A stretch of 19,695 nt of DNA from Tolypothrix carrinoi HA7290-LM1 (GTDB taxonomy: Bacteria; Cyanobacteriota; Cyanobacteriia; Cyanobacteriales; Nostocaceae): assembly GCA_019358935.1 (NCBI GenBank), contig JAHHIK010000134.1, positions 1 to 19,695 of the forward strand, written 5' to 3'. A program made the translations under genes and the position numbers. This document shows, piece after piece, positions 8,212 to 16,842 of the stretch. How positions within the stretch are numbered: the first letter of the stretch is position 1; every line of letters begins with the position of its first letter. Under the pieces are notes generated by a model. The model was not told the origin of the DNA. It worked only from the letters and a program-made list of their open reading frames with translations, and did not search any database.

Positions 8212-9750
8212 TTAAGCTTTTAGTTTTACTTTTCCTAATGGCTTATCTTGCTCATACATCCAATCTTGTTCCATTGACAAAGCAAGTTCTGCTTTTTGCA
8301 ATTCCGTCCCCAAATACATGGCGTGTTCAACAAGCATTCCAGGACAATCTGCTGCTATTTGCCGAGAAATAGAGAAAGCAGATTTGCCTGAATAGCAGTT
8401 AACTACTTCTCCAGAACCGGGAGTCATGTGTTCCACCATAATGCTGCCATCCTGCACATTAATCACAAAACTACCCGCAGGATCGCTGTAATCTCTAGCT
8501 CTACAAATTTTGGCATAATGGGATTTAATTACATTATCTGCATTTTCCCAACAATCATCATAAATATGGGCACTTTGACTAATAGTAATTAATGGTCCCA
8601 TCTTCAATTTATGTTTAGACCTTTGAGTAATAGTATCATAAATATGTCGCTGTAGAGCTAATAATCCCATTGCATTTGCGGGCCATGCAGAAAACATATC
8701 ATTACTGCGAAAAGTCGCCGTTAAAGATAGTTCATTATCAACTATTCTTACCCAAATATGATTAAGGCAAGGCGGACTATTGTGAGCATCTTTTTCCACG
8801 TCCCATAGAGACATTACTGCCCTAGCTGAATCAATATCAGCTATTAGTTTCTCAATTACTTGCTCAATTTGATCGTGTCCAAAGTGGAAACGTAAACGTT
8901 GAGCGTATGTATATTTGACTCCTTCAAGTTTTAGCGAATCATCTAAACCTGAAATTTGGGAAATATATTGTTGAATAAAACTACGGTCAATTGGCAAATA
9001 ATTAGGTTCGGGAAAATAAAAATCATCAGGTGGTTCATCAGTAACAATAGCCATTACATTTATTAATTCTTGCCATTGCCCATCATACGCACTAGGTCTA
9101 ATTGTCCCTGTTGTTTTAATTCTATGAATAATTTTTACCCAAGTTTCAGCTATTGTTTTACCTTGTATTCTGTGTCCGTAACGTTCCCCAGGCACAATAG
9201 TAGGCAAAGCATTAGGCATTTCAAAATCTTTATAAGGTAAACCCCAAGGTTCTAAAAATTGTTTTTGAGTATAATTTTTGACAAGATTAACTGCATTTGC
9301 AATACAATCTGCTTCATCACATTTTACAGATTGCCGTAATTTTTCTAAGGCACTTTCTTCAACTTCAATATCAATATATCCAGGAATTTTAGAATTAATT
9401 TTCCAGCAAATACGCCCTGTTTCACATACGTCTTGTGAAAAGCCTTTTTTGAAAAAGTCCAGCAAGCACTCTCCAGCACCTGCGTTTTTGTCTTCTTTAG
9501 TAGCGTTAAGGACAACCAGATATCGTACATGTGGGTTAGCCAGAAGATTCCGTACTAATATGTTTATCCCTCTTGTGGGCGAGTATAGCTGTCCGATAAC
9601 AGCATACTCGCTACTGTGCAGGTGTTTAGCGATCGCCTCCTTCACTGTCCATCCTGTAATCACTGCTGTCTGACCTAGACCATAAATCAGCTGTTTGGGC
9701 TTGTACAGTGCTTTGTATTGATATTGGGTTGCCTTACCCGTTTGTGTCAT
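8212..9750 (-). CDS. Thymidylate synthase (ThyA fold, archaeal-like) with an N-terminal MtrA-like domain and a C-terminal DUF4346-like domain
   Basis: TS core: YTYAQRL, SARA, PPCL (catalytic Cys), FRSND, WPAN, SAHIY. N-terminal GINILVRNLLANPHVRYLVV resembles MtrA GIEKxxxNxxSNPNIRFL. C-terminal DPAGSF...EHAMYLGTELQKAE...YEQD resembles DUF4346. Confidence 0.85.
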   Translation of the reverse strand: MTQTGKATQYQYKALYKPKQLIYGLGQTAVITGWTVKEAIAKHLHSSEYAVIGQLYSPTRGINILVRNLLANPHVRYLVVLNATKEDKNAGAGECLLDFFKKGFSQDVCETGRICWKINSKIPGYIDIEVEESALEKLRQSVKCDEADCIANAVNLVKNYTQKQFLEPWGLPYKDFEMPNALPTIVPGERYGHRIQGKTIAETWVKIIHRIKTTGTIRPSAYDGQWQELINVMAIVTDEPPDDFYFPEPNYLPIDRSFIQQYISQISGLDDSLKLEGVKYTYAQRLRFHFGHDQIEQVIEKLIADIDSARAVMSLWDVEKDAHNSPPCLNHIWVRIVDNELSLTATFRSNDMFSAWPANAMGLLALQRHIYDTITQRSKHKLKMGPLITISQSAHIYDDCWENADNVIKSHYAKICRARDYSDPAGSFVINVQDGSIMVEHMTPGSGEVVNCYSGKSAFSISRQIAADCPGMLVEHAMYLGTELQKAELALSMEQDWMYEQDKPLGKVKLKA

Positions 9751-9888
9751 CGTTGGCTAAAAGTAAAACAACAACAAAGCTTCTCATTATAGCACTAAAT
9801 CAAAATTGATGCTAATTTGGCAGAAAGTTTGCTATGGAATTCTACCTGACATCCAGCCAATATCTCTATAAACGCGATCATTATTTAC

Positions 9889-9919
9889 TTTACAAAAATT
9901 AATAATATTATTAATTTTT
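9889..9919. promoter_or_regulatory. Perfect 26-bp AT palindrome overlapping a possible HLR1 (RpaB) direct repeat
   Basis: AAAAATTAATAAT|ATTATTAATTTTT at 9894-9919. TTTACAAA-aa-TTAATAAT at 9889-9906 matches KTTACAWW-N2-KTTACAWW with 2 mismatches. Lies upstream of the hli remnant. Confidence 0.35.
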
Positions 9920-9950
9920 TTACACAAAAAAGAAAACAGAGGAAAATCCA

Positions 9951-10044
9951 ATGCGTATAAACGGTGGTATTGTTGACGATCAAGGTCTAATGAACAAATG
10001 AAGCTCATCTACGCAATCATGTTTATGTAGATGAGCAAGGCGAT
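9951..10044 (+). pseudogene. 5' remnant of a high-light-inducible (Hli/CAB-ELIP) gene
   Basis: GAGGA RBS, then MRINGGIVDDQGLMNK-stop, then VYVDEQGD out of frame. This resembles the Nostocales Hli N-terminus (..DDQGxxNNFAIEPKVYVDEQGDR..). The ExxNGRxAM helix is not found downstream. Confidence 0.6.
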
Positions 10045-10099
10045 GTCCGGTGACAAGCCCTTCCCTACGGGACGCTGCGCGAACGCGCTTCGCAGTCGC
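10040..10099. repeat. Small dispersed repeat(s) inserted in a split HIP1 site
   Basis: GCGA(T) ... TCGC flank about 50 nt of GC-rich hairpin sequence (including TCCC-TAC-GGGA) within AT-rich DNA. Confidence 0.55.
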
Positions 10100-10197
10100 C
10101 TAGAGTTGCGTTTAATTATTTAGGGAACATTTAATGGTATTGTTTGAAAATAACTGATAGTCAAAGCAGTTTTTCAGATAAAGGCATCAAATAATTT

Positions 10198-10785
10198 ATG
10201 GCTTTAACTGCTTCAACCATGTTGCCGCTAGGCACTCAAGCCCCAGATTTTCATCTACCGGATGTGGTATCTGGCAAATCAATATCGCTTGCGACCTTTG
10301 CAGATAAAAAAGCGCTGTTAGTAATGTTTATTTGTCAACATTGCCCATTTGTCAAGCATGTAAAAGCAGAATTGGCGCAGTTGGGAAAAGATTACATTCC
10401 CAGTGATTTGGCAATTGTGGCAATTAGCGCCAACGATATTAATAAATATCCAGCTGATGCACCTGAGTTTCTCAAAGAAATGGCAACAGAACTTAAGTTG
10501 AATTTTCCCTTATGTTATGACGAAACTCAGTCAACTGCAAAAGCATATACAGCAGCTTGCACACCTGATTTCTTTATATTTGATGCAGAGCGAAAACTCG
10601 TATATCGAGGACAATTAGATGATAGCCGTCCAAGTAATGATAAACCCGTAACAGGTACAGATTTACGCGCAGCAATTGAAGCTGTTTTAGCAGGTAAATC
10701 AGTTGCAACTGAGCAAAAGCCGAGTATCGGTTGCAATATTAAATGGAAACCTGGTAACGAACCGAATTATTTTGAGAATGGGTAA
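10198..10785 (+). CDS. Thioredoxin-fold AhpC/TSA (peroxiredoxin-like) protein
   Basis: APDFHLPD, CQHCPFV (CxxC), CTPDFF, YRGQLDD and SIGCNIKW motifs. Confidence 0.9.
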   Translation: MALTASTMLPLGTQAPDFHLPDVVSGKSISLATFADKKALLVMFICQHCPFVKHVKAELAQLGKDYIPSDLAIVAISANDINKYPADAPEFLKEMATELKLNFPLCYDETQSTAKAYTAACTPDFFIFDAERKLVYRGQLDDSRPSNDKPVTGTDLRAAIEAVLAGKSVATEQKPSIGCNIKWKPGNEPNYFENG

Positions 10786-11025
10786 TTGGGCAATCGGCAA
10801 TGGGCAATGGGCAATGGGCAATGGGAATTGGGAATTGGGAATGCGTTTTTTACCATTACCCATGCCCCATGACGGCAGATGCTACAACGGAGGGAACCTC
10901 CGCAACGCACTGCCTCCCCCATGCCCCATGCCCCCTTCGGGTTCGCCAGTCGCCTGCGGAGGGAAACCCTCCCGCAGCGCTGGACTCACCATTACCCATT
11001 ACCTATTACCCATTACCCATTACCA
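10774..11025. repeat. STRR array (GGGCAAT, GGGAATT, CCCCATG, CCCATTA) with two embedded structured dispersed elements (10871-10915, 10933-10990)
   Basis: Visible tandem heptamers interrupted by GC-rich nested stem-loops. Confidence 0.9.
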
Positions 11026-11028
11026 ACA

Positions 11029-11541
11029 TCAATGCTTAATTTCCAAATTGAGGATATAGCATCCTAGTTGGATTTTATCTGCCCACAATTCGTATTCTAC
11101 CCGCAAATGTTCTGGCAAAGGGTGTCCGGTGAGAGTCAGGCGGCGAGTAAAATTGCGTAAGCGAATGGGTTCGTGAGGATGCAATGACTCTGTAGGCAAC
11201 CAATAACGAGTAATACCATAAACTCCCTGTTCCCAGAAGTGACGGTAACTCAATTGAGCGTTACCTTGCATAGTCATAATTACTCGGTAAGGTGAAATTT
11301 CCATCCATAAGATCCTGGGACTGCTGGGAGGATAAGCTTTGCGCTGTCCTGGGTGAGGGGTATCTTCTGGACTTGGGGGAGTTGTTACTTCGCAACTAAT
11401 TAAGGGCGGTGCAGTCAATAATAAATGGAACCGGTCACTATCTTTTTGATACAATGTCCCGGCTGTTTCAACAACAGACCAAACAGGGAGGTCTGTAGAA
11501 ATGAGTGATAAGCACACGGGCTTGCGGTGATGGGTGAGCAT
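11029..11541 (-). CDS. Hypothetical protein, probably conserved in cyanobacteria
   Basis: 170-aa ORF with an ATG start and globular composition. No motif recognised. Confidence 0.7.
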   Translation of the reverse strand: MLTHHRKPVCLSLISTDLPVWSVVETAGTLYQKDSDRFHLLLTAPPLISCEVTTPPSPEDTPHPGQRKAYPPSSPRILWMEISPYRVIMTMQGNAQLSYRHFWEQGVYGITRYWLPTESLHPHEPIRLRNFTRRLTLTGHPLPEHLRVEYELWADKIQLGCYILNLEIKH

Positions 11542-11813
11542 GGGAGCGTAATGGGGACTTCAGCTATTGAACAAAAAGAAATCAATACTAGGCGTAGCTT
11601 CTTCAGGGTAAGCAACTTAATAAAACATGCTTAATATTAACTGAATCTGCTGATTTGGGATTGAGACAAATCAGGATAAAAACAGCTAGAATTTCAATTT
11701 AAAAAGCAAAAATCAGGCTTTTAGGCGCGAAAGCTCCTACGGAAGCTTTGCTTGTAAAGACTTTCAGGTAATAGCCATTAAAAGTCAGGATAAGCAAAGA
11801 AAGCAAAGGCGCG

Positions 11814-11974
11814 GAGTTACGAGTCAAAAGTCAGAATTTGTGAATTAAATTCTGTGGTAAACTGCGCGGACTGTATAAACGGCGTTTTTGCACTCCTGCG
11901 TTTCTTCAGACGGTCTTCACCAGAGGTAGCGGTGTAAAAAACTACCTAATTACATTCTGACTCCTGAATTCTTC
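11814..11974. repeat. Dispersed element with GAGTCAG-type inverted heptamer termini, related to 3945-4107
   Basis: GAGTCAAAAGTCAGAAT ... ATTCTGACTCCTGAATTC. Internal blocks are shared with the 3945 element. Confidence 0.5.
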
Positions 11975-12101
11975 TTGATTGGGATTTCAGTAAGTTTCAT
12001 ACAGCAGAAAGCGATACGATACTAAGAAGGAAGTAACCTGCGGCGGCATTAGCTTTGCCAAATTGTCAACTTCCGATGCAGTTAAAAGCCAGTTTATCCT
12101 A

Positions 12102-13451
12102 ATGTCGGCTTCAGTTATAACCGTAGAAACTAAAGAAAACGCTTCTCAAAACTTAATTATCCAGCGACCCCCTGTGGGTCTATCTTTACAGGGTCGCATC
12201 CGAGTACCGGGAGATAAATCTATTTCCCATCGTGCTCTGATGTTGGGGGCACTATCTCAAGGTGAAACCGAAATTCAAGGACTTCTTCTCGGAGAAGATC
12301 CCCGCAGTACTGCTAGCTGTTTTCAAGCTATGGGTGCAGAAATTTCGGAACTAAATACAGAATTAGTGCGGGTTAAGGGTATTGGTTTAGGAAGAGTGCG
12401 AGAACCAGTTGATGTGTTAAATGCCGGCAACTCTGGTACGACACTGCGATTGATGTTAGGAATTTTAGCTTCTCATCCGGGGGGCTTTTTTACTGTAACC
12501 GGTGATGATTCTTTGCGATCGCGTCCGATGTCTCGTGTTGTCAAACCTTTACAACAAATGGGGGCACAAATTTGGGGACGCAAAAATAATTCTTTAGCAC
12601 CTCTAGCAATTGCAGGAGTTGCTCTCAAACCAATTCACTATCAATCACCCATCGCTTCTGCCCAAGTTAAATCCTGCGTTCTTTTAGCGGGTTTGATGAC
12701 CGAGGGAGAAACTACTGTCACCGAACCAGCACTTTCTCGCGACCACAGCGAACGAATGTTAAAAGCGTTTGGTGCAAAACTGAGCGTTGACCCAGACACC
12801 AATAGCGTTACTGTTACCGGTCCTGCTCAACTGTATGGGCAAAAAGTAGTTGTACCTGGGGATATCAGTTCCGCTGCCTTTTGGTTGGTGGCTGGGGCTA
12901 TTGTACCCGATTCTAATTTGGTGGTGGAAAATGTCGGCGTTAATCCTACCCGCACAGGTATTTTAGAAGCTTTGGCGATGATGGGAGCCGATATCCAACT
13001 GGAAAATCAGCGCGAAGTTGCTGGGGAACCAGTAGCCGATTTACGAGTGCGTTCCAGCCGTCTCCAAAGCTGCACGATTGAAGGGGATCTCATACCCAGA
13101 TTGATTGATGAAATTCCAATTTTGGCAGTAGCGGCAGTATTTGCCGAGGGTACAACAGTAATTAAAGATGCAGAAGAGTTACGGGTAAAAGAAAGCGATC
13201 GCATTGCAGTAATGGCACAGCAACTCAATAAAATGGGTGCAAAAGTTACCGAATTACCCGATGGTATGGAAATACATGGTGGTACTTCTTTAGTGGGGAC
13301 TGATGTAGATAGCCATACAGATCATAGAATCGCCATGAGTTTAGCGATCGCCTCTTTAGTTGCTTCTGGTACCACCACCATTCAACGCGCAGAAGCAGCC
13401 GCCATTTCTTACCCTGACTTCACTGCTACCCTGCAACAAGTCTGTAGGTAA
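12102..13451 (+). CDS. aroA: 3-phosphoshikimate 1-carboxyvinyltransferase (EPSP synthase, class II); likely start ATG 12102
   Basis: [37 protein letters not shown] and DHRIAM motifs. Confidence 0.97.
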   Translation: MSASVITVETKENASQNLIIQRPPVGLSLQGRIRVPGDKSISHRALMLGALSQGETEIQGLLLGEDPRSTASCFQAMGAEISELNTELVRVKGIGLGRVREPVDVLNAGNSGTTLRLMLGILASHPGGFFTVTGDDSLRSRPMSRVVKPLQQMGAQIWGRKNNSLAPLAIAGVALKPIHYQSPIASAQVKSCVLLAGLMTEGETTVTEPALSRDHSERMLKAFGAKLSVDPDTNSVTVTGPAQLYGQKVVVPGDISSAAFWLVAGAIVPDSNLVVENVGVNPTRTGILEALAMMGADIQLENQREVAGEPVADLRVRSSRLQSCTIEGDLIPRLIDEIPILAVAAVFAEGTTVIKDAEELRVKESDRIAVMAQQLNKMGAKVTELPDGMEIHGGTSLVGTDVDSHTDHRIAMSLAIASLVASGTTTIQRAEAAAISYPDFTATLQQVCR

Positions 13452-13645
13452 TGGGGAATGGGGAATGGAGAGACAAGGAGACAAGGAGACAAGGGGGACA
13501 AGGGAGATAAGGGGGAGCAGGGAGCAGGGAGCAGGGGGAAATATTTCTTCTTTCTTACCATGAGTCCCTTTCCCCTTTCCCCTTTCCCCCTCCTCAAATT
13601 GCCCATTGCCCAATGCCCAATGCCCTATTACCAATCACCAATTTT
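13449..13645. repeat. STRR array (GGGGAAT, GGAGACAA, GGAGCAG, CCCTTTC, CCCAATG)
   Basis: Visible tandem repeats immediately after the aroA stop. Confidence 0.9.
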
Positions 13646-13688
13646 CAAGGATAATTTTCTGTGTAAATAAAAAGGAGAACATTTAATT

Positions 13689-14030
13689 ATGGGTTGGTTA
13701 CAAAGACTTTTTGGTATGGAAAAACCGGATGATGCTCAAGTCAATCCGGAACCAGTTGCTGCTAATGATTCAGGGGAAGATATTCCACTAGAACGAGTGG
13801 GATTAAATGGAGAATATGACCAAAGTGGTTTAGCAAAACGAGTTGCGCTTGCTTTTGACGAAGACTCTCAGTTTGATGATATTGATTCGCTATACGTCGC
13901 TCAGACAGGAAGCACAGTTGTGTTAAAAGGGCAAGTCCCCAGTCAAGAAATTTTAGATGAAATGGTGGCGATCGCAAGCGGGGTTAGCGGTGCCACCGAT
14001 GTCAACACAGACGAAGTTACAGTTGGCTAG
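13689..14030 (+). CDS. BON-domain (phospholipid-binding) protein
   Basis: AGGAG RBS. BON-like pattern V-x-L-K-G-x-V ... A-x-x-V-x-G-x-x-x-V. Confidence 0.8.
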   Translation: MGWLQRLFGMEKPDDAQVNPEPVAANDSGEDIPLERVGLNGEYDQSGLAKRVALAFDEDSQFDDIDSLYVAQTGSTVVLKGQVPSQEILDEMVAIASGVSGATDVNTDEVTVG

Positions 14031-14044
14031 AATATTTTTCTGAC

Positions 14045-14428
14045 ATGAGCAATCTACTCAAACCTCGTCAATCTACTATCGGGCTTTTGTTGTTAGCCGT
14101 TTTAATGCTCACCAGCTGTGGTAAAAAAGCTGAAACACCCGATGCCGGCGCTACTGCGAGTCCTGGCACTACGACTGGAAGTTCAACTAACGATTCAGGT
14201 GAGTCAGGAAGTAATGCTTCTATTCCCGCTGAAGCAGCAAAGCTTGGGGTAAAACCTACAGACGCAACTACTTGTCCTAATAATGCACTTGTTAAGGGCA
14301 AGGTAACGAAGAAGCGAGGCAATATATACCACATTGCCAACTCGCTTGATTATGACAAAGTTAAGCCGGATATCTGCTTTAAAGATACAGTAACAGCAGA
14401 AAAAGCTGGCTTTCAAGCGCCTAAGTAA
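14045..14428 (+). CDS. Lipoprotein with a small C-terminal Ada-metal-binding-like (IYH...CF...AEKAGF) domain
   Basis: Lipobox LTSC, a low-complexity linker, and KG...IYH...Y...CF...AE-x-AGF. Confidence 0.7.
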   Translation: MSNLLKPRQSTIGLLLLAVLMLTSCGKKAETPDAGATASPGTTTGSSTNDSGESGSNASIPAEAAKLGVKPTDATTCPNNALVKGKVTKKRGNIYHIANSLDYDKVKPDICFKDTVTAEKAGFQAPK

Positions 14429-14430
14429 GT

Positions 14431-14646
14431 TGGGAATGGGGAATTGGTAATGGGGAATTGGTAATTGGGAATGGGTAATGGTGAGTCCAGCGCTGCGCTC
14501 CTGGTTTCCAAGAGTGCCGGCTCTGGCTCTCTTCATTGGGGTAATGGGGAATGGAAAGAATGTCTCATATAATCCTGCATAAATACTTACGGGATGCAAA
14601 ATAACCTTTTTCTCAATTACCAATTACCCATTATCCATTACCAATT
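14431..14646. repeat. STRR array with an embedded structured dispersed element (14480-14532)
   Basis: GGGAATG/GGTAATT heptamers, then CCAATTA. The insert shares GGTGAGTCCAGCGCTGCG with the reverse complement of 10973-10990. Confidence 0.85.
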
Positions 14647-14675
14647 TTCTTTCAAACTTTAACGGCAATGGCATT

Positions 14676-14885
14676 TTATACTACAGCTTCTGCTGGCAAT
14701 TTTACAGGCGAAATTGTTGTCGAAGGTCTAGGTTTGCGAGCAACTTGAGTAGATAAAGCTCGTGCCTTTTTAGACGAATACTCAAAATTTGGCATTTCTT
14801 GCCGACAATGGGAACAAAACCAGTAAACATTTGAGCAACGAATATGGCGTAGCAATTGGTGGGAGCAACAAGGACAACTATTCAT
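14676..14885 (-). CDS. Small zinc-ribbon-like protein (CPCC...WFCSHCRQEMP); likely start ATG 14885
   Basis: Two CxxC pairs. The LLRH and WFC-x-x-C-x-QEMP pattern is recalled from cyanobacterial small proteins. Confidence 0.7.
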   Translation of the reverse strand: MNSCPCCSHQLLRHIRCSNVYWFCSHCRQEMPNFEYSSKKARALSTQVARKPRPSTTISPVKLPAEAVV

Positions 14886-14942
14886 ATTTCGCTTCTGAGT
14901 TAAAAAGATGTTTGTCGGCACTTCTAATGTAATTGCCAGGGC

Positions 14943-14984
14943 GGGGATCGCTCATCTATCCTAGGGGATCGCTCATTCATCCTA
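14943..14984. repeat. 21-bp tandem direct repeat (2 copies, 19/21 identical)
   Basis: GGGGATCGCTCATCTATCCTA / GGGGATCGCTCATTCATCCTA. Confidence 0.85.
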
Positions 14985-15253
14985 AAGTTAGACTCACACG
15001 ATAAAAGCCTGGAAATGCGTAGAAAAGTTCATAAAAAGTGACAATTAAAAAGTTATTAGTCATGATTATCTAGAACTAACAAACAATAACTACAGCAAGT
15101 TTCTGCTAATTCTCAACTTATTTGAGTATATTTGCGAATTCATAAATTACATACTTTGATACTAAAAAAGCGGTTTCTTAACAATTATTAATATAAACCG
15201 GGTTTTTGATTGTAAGTGTAAAGGGGGAAGAGAAAATAAAGAGCGATCGCCTG

Positions 15254-15334
15254 ATATCATGTTCAGTAAATCGCGCATATTGTAGAGACGTTCCATTGTC
15301 ACGTCTCTACGATGGTTGCCGTATGACATGATAC
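15254..15334. mobile_element. Short MITE-like shell (TATCATGT...ACATGATA) containing a GTAG-REP-like hairpin (15282-15310)
   Basis: 8-bp inverted termini match element B. Internal GTAGAGACGT...ACGTCTCTAC has a perfect 10-bp stem. Confidence 0.6.
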
Positions 15335-15357
15335 GATTGGGAAAAAAAATATTAGTA

Positions 15358-16338
15358 TCATTTAGCAAACACACCCGTCAAGCGATCGCGGTTATGGGTT
15401 GCATCAAAATCAATTCTTGGTCCTTTTGGCACAATCTGAGTCGGGTTAACGTTGGGATGGCTGATATAATAATGCCGTTTGATGTGGTCAAGGTTGCAAG
15501 TTTCCTTAACTCCCGGCTGTTGGTAAAGGTCTTTGAGATAATTCCACAAATTGGGATAATCGACAATTCGCTGTAAGTTACATTTGAAGTGGACGTAGTA
15601 CACAGCATCGAAGCGAAACAAAGTAGTAAACATACACCAATCCGCTTCCGTGATTTGATCCCCGCACAGATAACGTTGCTTTCCTAAAATTTTTTCCCAG
15701 TAGTCAAGTTCTGTAAATAACTCCGTGACTGCTTCATCGTAAGCTGACTGAGAAGTGGCAAATCCTGCCCGATACACACCGTTATTGATTGGTTGGTAAA
15801 TTGCGTCAATTGTCTCGTCAATAACTTTTTGTAAAGCTTCCGGATAAAAGTTTACATTCTGTTTGGCAAAGGCATTAAATTCTGTATCGAACATCCGCAT
15901 AATTTCACGGGACTCATTATTGACAATCGTGCCAGTTTGTGCATTCCATAAAACTGGGACTGTCACTCGTCCACTGTAATTTGAGTCAGCTTTGAGATAA
16001 ATTTGCCAAAGATAATTTGTCTTGTTGACTGTATCCGGAATGCTTCCTGGTTCATCTGAGAATTCCCAGCTGTTTTCGTGAATTTCCGCAGCAACCACCG
16101 ATAAGCCTATGGCATCTTCTAATCCTTTGAGCGATCGCATAATCGCGGTACGACAAGCCCAAGGACAAGCCCAAGAGATATAAAGATGATAGCGCCCAGA
16201 TTCAGCTTTAAACCCACTCGAACCATCGGCAGTAATTTTATTGCGGAAAGTGGTTGAGGGACGGACAAATTTACCATCTGAGTCTTCTTGTTCCCTTTGT
16301 GATATCCACTTACCATCTTTGAGGATTCCCAAACCCAT
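15358..16338 (-). CDS. Glutathionyl-hydroquinone reductase / omega-like GST (YqjG family); likely start ATG 16338
   Basis: RYHLY, CPWA, TVPVLW, IVNNES, INNGVYRAGFA, RFDAVY and HIKRHYY motifs. GGAG RBS upstream of MGLG. Confidence 0.93.
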   Translation of the reverse strand: MGLGILKDGKWISQREQEDSDGKFVRPSTTFRNKITADGSSGFKAESGRYHLYISWACPWACRTAIMRSLKGLEDAIGLSVVAAEIHENSWEFSDEPGSIPDTVNKTNYLWQIYLKADSNYSGRVTVPVLWNAQTGTIVNNESREIMRMFDTEFNAFAKQNVNFYPEALQKVIDETIDAIYQPINNGVYRAGFATSQSAYDEAVTELFTELDYWEKILGKQRYLCGDQITEADWCMFTTLFRFDAVYYVHFKCNLQRIVDYPNLWNYLKDLYQQPGVKETCNLDHIKRHYYISHPNVNPTQIVPKGPRIDFDATHNRDRLTGVFAK

Positions 16339-16352
16339 AAATTCTCTCCTTT

Positions 16353-16486
16353 GATAGTTGGAGCGTAGTTGGTGGTTAGTGGTTATTTGATAGTGGTTAG
16401 TGGTTAAGAGTAGTTTTCGGCAACGCTCTACCCAACACCCAACACCCAACAACTAACAAATAACACCCAACAACTAACACCTAACT
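16353..16486. repeat. STRR array (TAGTGGT, then CCAACAC/CTAACAA)
   Basis: Visible heptamer repeats between gatC and the GST gene. Confidence 0.85.
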
Positions 16487-16775
16487 ATTCAACATTCATA
16501 ATTTTTGGCACTTTAAAAAATTCGCCTTCCTGCTGTGGGGCACTGTTGAGAATAGCTTCTCTATCAGAATAGGGTTGCAATTTATCTTCTCGTGTGACGT
16601 TGCTGACATCAATAGCGCGTGTTGTTGGTGCAACATTGCTGACATCAAGTTCACCTAGCTGTTGAACATAATCGAGAATATTTCCTAACTGAGTGGTAAA
16701 TTGCTCCTCTTCTTCAGGTGTCAACTCTAAACGAGCGAGAAGGGCTACTTTATGAACTTGCTCACGGTCAATCAT
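16485..16775 (-). CDS. gatC: Asp-tRNA(Asn)/Glu-tRNA(Gln) amidotransferase subunit C
   Basis: [21 protein letters not shown] and FFKVPKI motifs. 96 aa. Confidence 0.95.
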   Translation of the reverse strand: MIDREQVHKVALLARLELTPEEEEQFTTQLGNILDYVQQLGELDVSNVAPTTRAIDVSNVTREDKLQPYSDREAILNSAPQQEGEFFKVPKIMNVE

Positions 16776-16805
16776 ATTTTTTTTAACTCCTCACTCATAA
16801 CTTTT

Positions 16806-16834
16806 GTACAGACGTTCCAATGGAACGTCTCTAC
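16806..16834. repeat. GTAG-REP-like palindrome, second copy of 15282-15310
   Basis: GTACAGACGTTCCA-A-TGGAACGTCTCTAC. Confidence 0.8.
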
Positions 16835-16842
16835 CGCGCCTT

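Noticed and set aside
8212..9750. dCMP hydroxymethylase or phage-type DNA base-modification enzyme
   Set aside because: The specificity residue is Asn (WPAN), which indicates dUMP rather than the Asp of dCMP enzymes. No glycosyltransferase or phage genes are nearby.
14943..14984. Possible CRISPR array
   Set aside because: Only two adjacent units, no spacers, and no cas genes. The STRR arrays also have no unique spacers.
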